Below are positions 50,655 through 63,019 of a stretch of 64,000 nt of DNA, piece after piece. This stretch comes from Mobula hypostoma. Its lineage: Eukaryota. A program made the position numbers and the translations under genes. The notes beneath the pieces were generated by a model. That model was given only the letters and a program-made list of their open reading frames with translations, did not search any database and had not been told where the DNA came from. Position 1 is the stretch's first letter, and each line of letters starts with the position of its first letter. The stretch covers positions 77,626,001 to 77,690,000 of the forward strand of contig NC_086108.1 in the NCBI RefSeq assembly GCF_963921235.1. Direction: 5' to 3'.

Positions 50655-50920
50655 GTGGGCAGCTCAGTAGCATACTGGTTTGCCCAATGCTATTACAGCT
50701 CAGGGTGTCGGAGTTCAGAGTTCAGTTCCTGCATTATTTGGAATGCACGGGCTTCCTCCGGGTGCTCCGTCTTCCCCCCACAATCCAGACATACCAGTTA
50801 GTAGGTTAATTGGTCATTGAAAATTGTCCTGTGGTTAGGCTAACGTTAATCCAGGGTTGCTGGGTAGCGCAGCTCGAAAGGCTGGAACAGCCTGTTCCAT
50901 GCTGTATCTCAATAAAATAT
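50655..50920 (+). mobile_element. V-SINE
   Basis: gggcttcctccgggtgctccgtcttcccccacaatcc..ggttaattggtcattg..aataaa. Confidence 0.75.
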
Positions 50921-50937
50921 AAACACTAAAGCACACT

Positions 50938-53930
50938 AAAGCTAATGCTATTGAGGAGGGTTTAAACTAGATTTGCAGGGGGGTGGGAACCGAAGTGAAG
51001 AGGCAGAGGACGGGGCAGGTTGGAGCACAAGTAGAGACAGCTTGTAGGGAGTTTGTGAGGAAGGACAGGCAGACGTTAGAGCAAAGGTGCACTCAGCCTG
51101 ATGGTTTGAGATATTTTAATGCAAGGAGTATCATAAACAAGGCGGATGAACTTAGAGCGTGGATCAATGTGTGGAACTGTGACATTCTGGCCATTACAGA
51201 GACTTGGATGTCTCAGGAGCAGGAATGGCTGCTGAGTGTGTCAAGGCTTTAGGTATTTCAAAAAGAACAGAGAGGAAGGCAAGCAAGGTGGGGCGTGGCA
51301 TTGCCGTTTACGGATAGTGTCACGGCTGCAGAAAAGGAAGAAGTCACAGAGGGATGGTCTACTGAGTGAGTGTGGGTGGGTCAGAAATAGGAAAGGGGCA
51401 ATAACTCTATTGGGTTTTTTAAAGACCCCTCCCTAATATTAACAGGGATATTGAGGAGCAGATAGGGAGGCAGATTCTGGAGCGGCGGAATAATAGTAGG
51501 ATTGTTGTGATAGGAGATTTTAACTTTCCTAATATTGATTGGCATCTCCTTAGCGCAAGGAGTTTAGATGGGGTGGAGTTTGTTTGGTGTGTTCAGGAAG
51601 GTTTTCTGATCCAATATCTAGATTAGCCAACTAGAGAAGATGCTGTACTTGATCTGGCATTGGGAAATGAACCTGGTCAGGTGTCAGATCTTTTTGTCAG
51701 AGAGCATTTTGGAAGTAGTGACCACAACTCTATCTCCTCCGCTGGAGAAGGATAGGAGCAGACAATTTGCGAAAACATTTAATTGGGATAGGGGGAAATA
51801 TGTTGCTATTAGGCAGGAACTTGGGAGTATAAATTGGGAGCAGATGTTCTCAGGGAAATGCATGGCAGAAATGTGGCGTTCTGCATAAGTATGTTCCATT
51901 GAGGCAGGGAAAGGATGGCAGAGTTAAAGAACCATGATGTACAAAGTATGTAGAAAATCTAGTTAAGGAGAAAAGAAAAGCTTACAAAGGGTTCAAAAAC
52001 TAAGTACTGTTAGAGCTCTAGAAAATTACAAGGTTGCTAGGAAGGAGCTTAATAATGGAATTAGGAGAGCCAGAAGGGGCCAAGAGAATGCCTTGGTGAG
52101 CAAGATTAAAGAAAACCCCAAGGCATTCAACAAGTATGTGAAGAACAAGAGGATGAGCCATGTGAGAATAGGACCAATCGGGTGCGATAGTGGAAATGTG
52201 TGTATGGAGTTGGAGGAGGTAGCAGAGGTACTTAATGAATACTTTGCTTCGGTATTCACCAGGGAAAAAGACCTTGGGAATTGTGGGGATGACTTACAGC
52301 GGACTGAAATGCTTGAGCATTTAGAGATTAAGAAAGAGGATGTGCTGGAGCTTTTGAAAAGCAGTTTTAGATAAGTCACTGGGACCAGATGAGATATACC
52401 CCAGGCTACTGTGGGAAATGAGGGAGGAAATTGCTGAGTCTCTTGTGATCAACTTTTCATCATCAATAGGGACAGGAGAAGTAACAGAGGATTGGAGGGT
52501 TGCAAATGTTGTTCCCTTGTTCAAGAAAGGAAGTAGTGATAACCGAGGAAATTATAGACTAGTGAGTCTGACTTCAGTGGTGGGCAAGTTGTTGGAGAAG
52601 ATCCTGAGAGGCAGGATTTATGAGCATTTGGAGCGACATAATCTGATTAGGGATAGTCAGCATGGCTTTGTCAAGGCCAGGTTGTGCCTTACGAGTCCGA
52701 TTGAATTCTTTGAGGAAGTAAGAAAACACGTTGATGAAGGTAGAGCAGTGGATGTAGTGTATATGGATTTCAGTAAGGCATTTGATAAGGTTCCACATGC
52801 AAGGCTCCATCAGAAAGTAAGAAGCATGGGATCCAAGGAGACCTTGTTTTGTGGATCCAGAATTGACTTGCCCACAGAAGGCAAAGGGTGATTGTGGATG
52901 GTTTGTATTCTGCATGGAGGTTGGTGACCAGTGGCATTCATTAGGGATCTGTTCTGGGACCTCTCTGCTTTGTGATTTTTACAAATGACCTGGATGAGGA
53001 AGTTGAAGGGATGGGTTAGTAACTTTGCTGATGACACAAAGGTTGGGGGTGTTGTGGATAGTCTGGAGGGTTGTCAGAGGTTACAGAGGGACATTCATAG
53101 GATGTAGAACTGGGCTGAGAAGTGGCAGATGGACTTCAGCCCAGATTAATGTGATGTGGTTCATTTTGGTAGGTCCAATCTGAAGACAGAATATAATATT
53201 AATGGTAAGACTCTTGGCAGTGTGGAGGATCTGAGAACTCTTGGGGTCTGTGTCGATAGGACACTCAAAACTGCTGCGCAGGTTGACACTGTTGTTAAGA
53301 AGGTATATGGTGTGTTGGTATTCATCAACCATGGGATTGAGTTCAAGAGCCGTGAAGTAATGTTATAACTATATAAGACCTTGGTGGGACCCCACTTGGA
53401 GTACTGTGTTCATTTCTGGTCACCTCACTACAGGAAGGATGTGGATACCGTAAAGAGAGTACAGAGGAGATTTACAAGCATGTTGCCTGGATTGGAGGGT
53501 GTACCTTATGAGAGTAGGTTGAGTGAACTCGGCCTTTTCTCCTTGGAGTGACGGAGGATCAGAAGTGACACGATAGAGTGGCATTGATTATGTGGATAGC
53601 CAGAGTCTTTTTTCCAGGGCTGAAGTGGCTAACACGAGGGGACATAGTTTTAAGGTGCTTGGAAATGGGTACCGAGGGGATGTCAGAGTTAAGTTTTCCA
53701 CATAGAGAGTAGTGGATGTCTGGAATGCACTGCCAATGGCGGTGGTGGAAGCGGATAAAACAGGGTATTTTAAGAGCCTCTTAGATAGGTACACAGAGCT
53801 TAGAAAAATAGAGAGCTATGCAGTAGGGAAATTCTAGGCAGTCTCTAGAGAAGGTTACTTGCTCGGTACAACATTGTGGGTCAAAGGGCCTGTAATATGC
53901 TGTAACTTTCTATGTTCTATGTTTTATGTT
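50938..53930 (+). mobile_element. CR1 LINE: ORF1 end, complete but disrupted ORF2 (EN-RT), 3' tail
   Basis: gggtttaaactag ORF1 end; YFNARSI..AITETW, GDFNFPNIDW, NYRLVSLTSVVGK, MDFSKAFDKVPH, FADD; tail ttctatgttctatg. Confidence 0.95.
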
Positions 53931-53969
53931 CACAATAAAAGACAGGACTTAAACTTAGCATTCCTAAAA

Positions 53970-54385
53970 TAAAGGTCCTCCACCAGGCCTGCCCTCCAAC
54001 AAAGATCCAAGATGAGGCCCTGGACCATTTCCCATATCTCACCACTCAGCAAAGGGACCGTTGATGATGGAATATCATCTTCAGTATATCAGCACACTGA
54101 GAAACAGGAGTGTTTGAAGATTGAAACAGAGGATTTTAAACTGATGGAGTACCAAGAAGCAACAACACTCCTTTTTTTTTGAGTGTATCTGAAATCTAGA
54201 GAGACACCACTGATGTTGTTTCCACAGACTTCTTCCAAATCCAGTGACACGAGTAGCAAGCCAGTTTCAGCATCCTCTCTGAGTCCAGTCTCCACAGCAC
54301 TCTCTCACTGGCCGTAAGTTCTGTTGGGCAGGCCACGTCATTCACGTGCCTGACACCAGACTCCAAAATGGACACTCTGTTCTGT
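53970..54385 (+). mobile_element. RTE-clade LINE fragment, highly decayed
   Basis: KVLHQ..LDHFPYL..SAKG..DD remnants of the RTE RT C-terminal region. Confidence 0.55.
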
Positions 54386-54449
54386 GTAAATAAGAATCAG
54401 GAAAAATACAAACACTAGAGATCTTGAAATTAAAACAGAAGTGGAGGCT

Positions 54450-54552
54450 GCTCTCAGTTCTGTTGAAGGGCCTCAGACGTGAAATGTTAACTTTATTTCT
54501 TTCCACAGATGCTGCCTGAATTGCTGAGCGCTTACAGAATTTTCTGTTTTAA
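54450..54552 (+). mobile_element. Decayed Penelope-derived unit with degenerate hammerhead
   Basis: agtt CTGTTGA agggcctcagacgt GAAA tgtt aact..cagatgctgcctgaattgctgag. Confidence 0.6.
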
Positions 54553-55014
54553 CACTATTCTGAGCTTTGTTTTGTTAATAAATTACAAGAATGACATGAA
54601 ATATTCAGGAAGGCTGTCGGAATTTGCTGAAAGAAATTCATCATCCCTGTTGTCTATGCCTCATTGTTTACTATAGATTTCTAAAGTAACAATTAGTTTC
54701 TTTATTCAGTAAGAGCAAGAAGAACTGAGAAGATGGTTATTGCTAAAGTAAATTGGTTTCTACACAGTATAGATAATTAATCTTAGCAAACAGAAATTAA
54801 CTTTGTCATATGATAATGTAGGGATAAATGTTGTCTTTGGAGCAAAATTGAGAAAAAAATACATGGATTCAGATAATTAAAAAATGAGGAACATCATGAT
54901 TCCTTACATTCCAAATCATAAAACTTGAGGGGAACGTACTTTAATGTACAGTAAAACTGTTGATCCTGCACATTTAGAGCTTCTGTGATATTAGGCTCAG
55001 AAACAGTCTGGATT

Positions 55015-55450
55015 ATAGTCACTGAGTCTTACAATCGTATAGCACAAAAATGAGCCCTTTGACCCTCCACGTCCTTGCCTTTGTACACTAATCCCATTTT
55101 CCAACATTAGAGCTGTCTCCTTTGATACCTTGCTTGTTCAAATGCCTACCTAAAAATCTCATTCAGGGTAGTGGTTGCATCCTTTTCCACCAGCTCCTCT
55201 CTCAGTGCATTCCAACTATCAATCGCTCTCTATGTAAAACAAAAGTATCCCTGAGATCCCCTTTAGAACTCCTTCCTCACAGTATAAAACACTGCTCCCT
55301 CCATTTTGATACCCCTACCATAGGATAAAGACCATCTATGCCTCTCATAATGTTATATATCCTTATCAATTCAAAGTGGAGCATCTTTCTCTCTGGGAAA
55401 ATTAACCCCAGCATCTTCTGGTACCTAAGGTTTTCATTCCAGGCAACATC
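55015..55450 (-). mobile_element. Old CR1 3' fragment
   Basis: Decayed antisense match to CR1 3' end. Confidence 0.65.
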
Positions 55451-56011
55451 ATTGATTTGATAAGGTTTGATCCCAGAGAGAAAGCAAGAGCTCTCCTTGC
55501 AGAGACACTCCTGTCTGTAGAAGAGAAAGTGCCTAGGGAGCTGACGTTGGCCACGTCATACAGGATGCGCCTCTAAGAAGATACAGCATACACTTGATAG
55601 TTTCACCACAACATTGTGGGCAGAAGGGCCTGTTCCTGTGCTGTACCATTCTATATTTCATGTAACATCTGTTTTGTATGTTGCTCAATATACCAGATTA
55701 ACTAAACGTGTTAATTGTCCTCAATCAGTTGTTTTCCATCAACACTGATAAATTATCCAATGAAAACTAATGCAAACACTTTTAATGGAGTGTCAATATA
55801 CAAGGAAGTAAATACATATTTAATCGACTTGCCCCAATTTTATTGAATTTCTGTTAAGTGTATTGTTCTTTCCTGCTGCTTTTATCTTCCTTAGATTCAT
55901 TTGATTTTGCATCTGATGTTCATAATTATTTAAATTAACCTATACCACTGGGTGTATTTTGACAATTTGAATGTAACTAATGTCTGTATAAAATCATTTT
56001 GAATTACCTAA

Positions 56012-56685
56012 CACCTAGAACATCGAACACAGAACAGTCCTGTACTGTATGGAGCACTCAGCCCGTAATGTTATGTAAGAATATCTGCCTCTGACATCAT
56101 CCCAAACTTTCCTCCATTCACCTCAAATAGACGTCCTCTGATATCGGCAAGTGCACACTGGGAAAAAGTTTATCTTTGCCTCTCATAATCTTATACATCG
56201 CTCCAAAATGAAAAGCCTGTGATCATTTAGCCTTGCCTCATGGGTTGTGCTCTCTAATCCATTCAGCATCCTCGCAAATCTACTCTGCACCCTCACTAAA
56301 GCTTTAACATCTGTAAGACGAGAAGAACTGAACACAATACTCCAAGTGTGGACTGACTAGAGTTTTATAGAGTTTCAACATTACTTTGTGGCTCTTGAGC
56401 TCAATTCCCCCTACTAATGAAGGCCAACATACCATATGCATTCTTATCCACCCTATCAACATAGGTGGCAATTTTGAGGGATCTGTAGATCTGGATCCCA
56501 AGTTGCTGATTCCACCATGCTTAGAATCATTCCATCAACATTGTACTCCGCCTTCAAGTTTAATCTTCCAAAGTGAATCACTTCGCACTTTTCTGGATTG
56601 AACTTCATCTGCTACTACTCTACCCAACCTACTACAACCTTCTACACTATCCACAACACCTTCAAACATTGTGTCATCTTCACAC
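56012..56685 (-). mobile_element. Old CR1 3' fragment
   Basis: VMLKLYKTLVSPHLEYCVQF. Confidence 0.8.
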
Positions 56686-56899
56686 TATCTAATTTTACTT
56701 TCCAGTGAAAATCGGCATCATGTTCTCAAGCAGTTATAAAGTAAATTATTAGTAGGACTGGTACAAGGGCCATTTAAATTCTATTGTTGGAATTATTTTA
56801 ATGAATTGAAACCTTCTACTTTCTCCTTCCTCTCTCATAACTGTTCTTACTCACTTTTATCGTAAGATGATAAACTTTCTTCCCAGAAAGCAAAAAGCT

Positions 56900-57085
56900 C
56901 TGCGTGCAAGAAATCTGAAAGAAAACAGAAAACACTCCACGTACTCAGCAGGTCAGGAAGTATTTATAGAAATGGAGAAACAGATCAATAGGTTTCTATC
57001 TGGCCCTAAATGTTAATTTTATTTCTCTGTCCATAGGTGCGGCCTGACAGGTCAATTACTTACAGCATTCTTATTTTATTTCCAG
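56900..57085. mobile_element. Highly decayed palindromic Penelope-derived unit
   Basis: actcagcaggtcagg ... ctctgtccataggtgcggcctgac. Confidence 0.45.
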
Positions 57086-57099
57086 TTACTTTTTTCCTC

Positions 57100-57640
57100 T
57101 ACTCATTACAAACTATGGCAGTTGTGGCAGTTGTCTATCATGTCCAATGATGGAAGCCTGTGAGGGAGAGTTGTTAAAGTGGAAAAGCCATTGCACAGAG
57201 GCAGTTCCACTCTCTTCAACTCAAAATCCCAAGTCCAGTGGTAAGGACAAGCGTCACAAACTGCGGTCTTCCTTGGTTGCAATGGATGACCATAATGTCT
57301 TCTGTGCCTTGTCATTCCCTTCATTCTCCATGGAGTATTGCTTCCTGGCTGTTGGATCTCACTGTAGATCTCATCTGCCCAGCCCACCGGAGCTATCTTC
57401 GCATGCTGGGACAGGCACATCTCTAACTCACTGGGGTATAAGACTGTTGGCTACTCTCACCTGGTTTAGCCCACCTGTCAAAGTGGTGTACTGGGGTGCA
57501 GCCATTGTTGTATGCAAACAGCTACATGGAGCCACAGATGGGAGCCGTGTGTCTGGTGGGGACCAAAGGTGACTGAGCTGCCCTGGAATGGACATGACAA
57601 GCCCCTTCACCAGCGGTGCTACCCCTCCCTGGATACCCCA
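57100..57640 (-). mobile_element. ORF-less RTE-type 5'-UTR repeat
   Basis: GC-richer block with sharp edges; minus strand gctaaaccaggtgagagtagcc..ccactggacttggg resembles RTE leaders. Confidence 0.6.
57454..57639 (-). ncRNA. HDV-like self-cleaving ribozyme topology (degenerate)
   Basis: P1 ggggtat/gcacccc, P2 ctcccatctg/caggtgagag, P3 tggc/gctg with UCC after it, P4 ccac/gtgg, J4/2 GCUAAA, all in HDV order. Confidence 0.5.
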
Positions 57641-57704
57641 TGCGCCCCATAACAAGCTGCAACTGTACAATATGGAATGATTATATCCTTGTCCACTCTC
57701 CATA

Positions 57705-57900
57705 GAGTCTGTGTGTACTCAGTTTCCTCCTATGCTCCAAAGACTTGCTGGTAGGTTAACAGGCTACTATTAATTCCCCTTTGTGTTGAGTGTTGGGGAA
57801 AAAATCCAAAGAGAGTTGATGGACATGTATGAGAGAAGAGATGTTCCCACGATTCTGCACAAATGGGTCTAATAGAATTGCATTTGTGCGAGCCAGTAAG
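57705..57900 (+). mobile_element. Decayed V-SINE
   Basis: ctcagtttcctcctatgctccaaagacttgctggtaggttaa. Confidence 0.5.
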
Positions 57901-59145
57901 GAACTGATGACCTGAAAGACACTTCTGACTACCTTACAGGTAAAGTCCTACAGAATAATGTAGATAAATGGTTTCTAGCTACAACTTGTGCAACTTTGTA
58001 AATAAAACATCAAAACAAATAAGTACCTGTACATCTCTGATTGTGTCATTGCTGTAGTTGTGGCAATGGTGAACACCACTTTAACTAATGTTGTCGACAA
58101 TGCTGCTTCGACACAAGTGTTATAGTTTATCTCACCACACCAAAGAGCTTACAGCTCAATCATACTCGTAGTATGCTAGTTTAGAATGTAACTGAAAACT
58201 CTTCCAGTGTATGCATAAGCAGTTACACCAAGGCATTACAGCAATTCAGTCTACCAAATCACACTACTCAATGCATACATTTCTGACAGACCATATGACT
58301 CTTGGTGCCTTCTGGAATGACCACAGCAAATGGGAGCTTGGTATTCCTGCTTGATTAAGCAGTCTTTATCAACATGTTGCTCTTCTAACTTCTTCTGTTG
58401 ACTACTCTTCTTCCAAATCCAGCAAAATGTCTTACATTTCTTACCATGAAATCTTGTTGCATTCCACTCATTTTAAAACATAAGCCTCTGACTGGTAGGC
58501 ATGTATTGGCATTCCAATCTTCTGAACATTGCCAGATCCTAAACTCCTGATACCTGATAATCCAATGTAATTTTTTATCCTATGTGTTCTGAAAACTTGA
58601 TTCTGATTATGTACTCTCAATATTCAGAAATCTTAACATTTTGGACATGCTCAGAAAATTGTACCTTGCCCTAACATAGTTCAAAATGCAATCCTAATGT
58701 TAAACATTTACTTTTTCATAGTTTCATCTACTGAGTTCCTTTATTCATTATGATGCTTTGTTTCACATTACAGTGATTTTGATTTGACAAAACAAAATCT
58801 TTCAATTCCAGAGCAGCCTTCACAAGATGGCAAGGCCCTTTTTAAATTGCAGACTTGCTACTGTCTGGGTCTTGGTGAAGCTTTATAACATCCACTGTTC
58901 AAACAGACATGCTGTCCTGGCTGTTATTGTTCAGCTGCAGATAAAATAGCCATTTAAAGCTCCAAGAGTTTAAAAGGCATCAGTAGCCTGAGGGTAAGTG
59001 ACTTGCATTGTCTGTGAGCTTCATTAAAGTGTATTAAAAACAGACTGCATCACGGAAGCTTCTTTGTGGACGGTTATTGATGGATTACCACCTTCTTTCT
59101 CCGAGACTGCTTTTCGCAACTAAAAACCTCAGCGCCCCATAATAC

Positions 59146-59187
59146 CTTTAGATCCTGATGGCTTTGGATCATGCCACTGGTTGTCTG
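59146..59187 (-). CDS. Candidate host exon (42 nt; NAGNAG acceptor), unverified
   Basis: cttcaccctttcag|CAG acceptor, AAG|gtatt donor; reads QTTSGMIQSHQDLK or DNQWHDPKPSGSK. Confidence 0.3.
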
Positions 59188-59281
59188 CTGAAAGGGTGAA
59201 GTTTTCAAGAAAGATAAAGCTCTGGCAGCCAAAGTTGCCTCTTAATCATTGCACGCTATCCCAAACAGTACAACAACATAC

Positions 59282-59305
59282 CTTTCTCTTCCCTCTTACA
59301 TTGGA
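59282..59305 (-). CDS. Candidate host microexon (24 nt), unverified
   Basis: tctattttctgtatgcag acceptor, AAG|gtatgt donor; reads SNVRGKRK or QCKREEK. Confidence 0.3.
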
Positions 59306-60195
59306 CTGCATACAGAAAATAGATTGTGATACTTCTGGGAAAGGATAAGAAAGATCTCTAATGCAAAGAGTATAAATCACAGATATAAATGTTTCACTGT
59401 CTATTGCTTCCTAAGTACTACAGAGCACCTTTGATTTCTGTATAGTACAAGAAAACTGAAGTAAAGATGTTAAGTTGCAGGCCATGGTGTATTGGTGTTT
59501 CAGTGGAAAATGTACAATAAGGTCCATAATCATTTTTATAGAATCTTTATTAATGTTCAAGCAAACATAATCTCAAATGTGTCAAGTTGCCTTTTTCTTT
59601 GCTTAACAATTTTGCAATTGTATAATTGAATCGCAATATTACTGAGCGGATGCCTCTCCTCTGAAAACAAATAGTCCAACCTGGATATACTTCAAGAAAA
59701 GTAATCTGTGCTTGGTAAAAAAAAATACATCTATCATATTTTCTGAAACAAGCAGGAATATTAGATATTGCAAAACATCTGATTTGGGCTTGTCTACAAG
59801 AGAGGAGTCTAAGTTCCAAATGCTGTCACTACCCCTTATGTTGATGAAGGTAAATTGTAACTGAGGCAAAAACAGAGGAAGATACAGGTATTGTGGTGTG
59901 GTGGTTTAAGTACTGGAGAAGCATCTGGGGATTTAATCTCAAGAAATGACGTCAAATTACTGACTCTCTCCGTCCAATGGCCTCCAGATTAACAATTGAC
60001 ACTCAGTTCATTTTTAAAAAGTGATCATGAAATGATTGGATTGTCAATGAAGAAGGTTTCTGAGATCAAACACATCGACCATCATTGTATTCTTGGGAGG
60101 AATTCTCCCTCAACATTGACTCTTGTCTTTCATCTTTAGTACCCCTTAGATTGCATCCTCTCAGGAACTACCTCCCAAATTTGTACCATTGGACA

Positions 60196-60487
60196 CCACT
60201 ATAGCGTGGTGGTTAGTGTGACACTATTACACCTCGGGGCATCAGAGTTCAGTTCCAACATCACCTGTAAGGAATCTGTATTCTTTCTCCGTGAAATATA
60301 TGGGTTTCCTCCAGGTGCTCCGGTTTCTTCCCACAGTTCAAAGATGTACCGGTTGGCAGGTGAATTGGTCTTTGTAAACTGTTCCGTGGTCATGCTGGAA
60401 CTGGGTGGTGGATTGCTGGGCAGTGCAGCTCAAAAAGTCAGAAGGGCCTATTCCGCACTGTATCTCAACTGAAAAAATAAATAAATG
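60196..60487 (+). mobile_element. tRNA-head V-SINE, full length
   Basis: tagcgtggtggttag A-box-like, gagttcagttcc B-box-like, V-domain gggtttcctccaggtgctccggtttc, (TAAA)n tail. Confidence 0.82.
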
Positions 60488-61109
60488 AAACACATTTGGT
60501 TTACTAATGTTCTTGATGAAAGAAATCTGCTGCCTGTACCAGTCAGGCTGATATATGACCCTAGACATATCAATGTGGTTAACTCTTGCCTGACTGCCCT
60601 TTGAAGTGGCTGAGCAATCTGTTCTATTCAAGAGGTAATTGGGGATGGGCAGTAACTATTTACCCCACCACTACCATTCATATCTTCAGTACAACTTCAA
60701 AAAATGGAAAGCCTTGAAACTTACAGCTGCAAAGTTCTTCCTTGTTTTTTATTTTTGTTCAGCTTTTCAGTTTTCCAGCTTTATTTACACTTTTATTATA
60801 ATGAGGATACTTGATGATTATGGGTATTTCTCCTCCTCATATCTCAACAACTGGTATTGATTTTGTGAATGAGCGCGAGATCTCAGCCGAATTCTAGAAA
60901 TGAAGCGAGAGTTAACTGCTGAACACGAAAGGTGTGAGTGCATCAATACAGCAATGAATCCGGGGGATCAGTCATGGTCTGAACACTAGGTTGCCCTTCA
61001 AGGAAACTGCACACTCATCCTGTATCTGTGGTCTTGTGAGCTTTTGTTCACATTCTTGATACAGCTTCAGGCTTCCTTTCTGAAATCCCCAGGGCATTAG
61101 TGCTTAGTC

Positions 61110-61530
61110 CTTAGCTGCAGCTGAATGAATTGGCTCTAAAATCTGATTCCAAACACTTTGAGTTGAAGTGTCACTTGTGAAGCTCGGCACAAAAATTTAG
61201 ATGTGTATCTCAGTGAATTACTGAAGTTATGCTAAAGGTTCCACAACTGGTTGAAATGATAAAACAGAGACCTTCCTGCTCTAAAGGGTAAAGGTAAATG
61301 ATCTCATAACATGGTTCTGAAAAAAAGAATGTTGTTATTGGTCATTATTAATCCCTTACTCAGAATGACTGTACAGATTATCTGGTCATTATTCAAGTGC
61401 TGTTTATGAAAGTGTGCTAAGCACAAAGCCTCATCTACACTTAAGAATATCAAAGACTATAAGATATATTGGAAAGTCCTCAAAGGATCATGAACAGCAA
61501 TATATAACACACAAGTCTTTCTCTTTTTCA
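61110..61530 (+). mobile_element. Ancient Deu-domain SINE (SacSINE1/AmnSINE1-like), highly decayed
   Basis: cagattatctggtcattattcaagtgctgtttatg resembles the Deu-SINE core; 3' end tatataa..caagtctttct. Confidence 0.5.
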
Positions 61531-61544
61531 ATTTGATAAATGAT

Positions 61545-62090
61545 CTTGGTCAAAGTGGTCCAGTTAATAGTGCTGTTGCCTTACATTTCAAGCAGTCCCT
61601 ATTCAATCCTGACCTTAAGTGCTGTCTGTGTGGAGTTTGAATGCTTTCCCTGTGACTGTGTGCATTCTGTGAGCAATACAACGTGCTGTAGGCTCTTTCA
61701 GCCCTTTGAGCTGCATCACTCCAGCAATCCCCGACAACCCCGAATTTAACCCAAACTTAATCACAGGACGATTTCCTAACTTAATCACAGGACAATTTAC
61801 AATGACCAGATAACTGACCCAGTACTGTGGAAGAAACCTGGAGTACCCGGGGAAAAGCCACACATTCCGCGGGGAGGACATTCGGATTCGTTACAGATGA
61901 TGCCAGAACTGAACTCCGAACTCCGACTATAAAGGCATCACACTAACCACAGGGTACCATGGCAACCTTCTGGGTGGTCTGGTTCTCTTCCACATCCCAT
62001 AAACATGGGGGTTGGCTAATTGGCCACTGAAACTTGGCACTAGTGTACACTTTGAGGGGAATTGATGGGAATCGGAGCAAACATGTAAGA
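61545..62090 (+). mobile_element. V-SINE split by a second antisense V-SINE (61670-61967)
   Basis: ctgtgtggagtttgaatgctttccctgtgactgtgtg resumes as gggtggtctggttctcttccacatccc; TTCTG on both sides of the insert. Confidence 0.78.
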
Positions 62091-62364
62091 AAGGAAAGGC
62101 AGTGTAGCAGCAGGATTGCTCTGTGAACTGAATGGCCTCCTCCTCTGTGGTAAAGAAGTATGCATGATACATACGAATCATAAATTTGACACAGGTTTCT
62201 AATGGGGACATACTTGGGATGACTTCTCTGTCATGTTAGGAATTGGCAAGCATACCCAAATTTGCCATTTTCATTCAGAATTTCAGCATTTGTAATGTTT
62301 AAAAATTATATGTATTTCTTTTAAACAGCAGTATTTGTAGGGGGAAATCTCTAAATTATGTATA

Positions 62365-62492
62365 ACTTAAGATTATGTTATGTTTTCCCTTGTCTTGCAG
62401 TGTTCTATTCTGCTGCAAAAAGCCAGTTTTCATTGCTTGTATACCCTGTATATGTACGCCTATGGCAGCAATAAATTTGAACTTGAACTTGT
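62365..62492 (+). mobile_element. Rex1-type 3' tail
   Basis: aataaatttgaacttgaactt. Confidence 0.65.
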
Positions 62493-62827
62493 TTTTCATG
62501 CTAAGCATTGGTTTTACGTGTTTTGGTAAGGTTCTTTTGCAATTAAAAGATAGTATGATGCTATAGGGTACACACAATGCTTTCCAAATATTCATCAGAA
62601 ATAATATCTGATTTCAAGCACAAAATCATGTGGCTTAACCAAAAGGAAATCCCAACGAGATTCTGGTCTTAAGTTTCTGAACATTAATGTAGCCTTGTTT
62701 TTCTTTATTTCAGCAACATCCTCTGAAGTAAAGCATCAATCTTCTCACTGCACAACTCAACTAATATACTGCACGAGTTGAACTTGACCCCAGCTGAATA
62801 CTGGAAGTGTTAAGTCGTTCCATTAAG

Positions 62828-63019
62828 CTCCTAAAACGTCCTGGTCCAAATAGTTCACAAATTACGATTTCAGTCACTTAGCCGCACCTTTACAAAGATC
62901 TTTTACTTCCACTCCCATAACAATGTCCTAACCTGTCTCTCCTTCATCTGCTTCTATGACTTTCATCCTGAGCTTTGCTGTCTTTAAACTTGACAATGAA
63001 CATTTTTGGCCTGCCTGTA
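62828..63019 (+). repeat. Direct repeat copy 1 (~190 bp L2 fragment), duplicate of 63335-63532
   Basis: ctggtccaaatagttcacaaattacgatttcag ... ctatgactttcatcctgagcttt ... cctgta present twice. Confidence 0.92.

Noticed and set aside
50938..53930. Active CR1
   Set aside because: Many stops and frameshifts in ORF2 and ORF1 mostly missing
54089..54295. Minus-strand ORF as a host exon
   Set aside because: Lies antisense to a decayed RTE fragment
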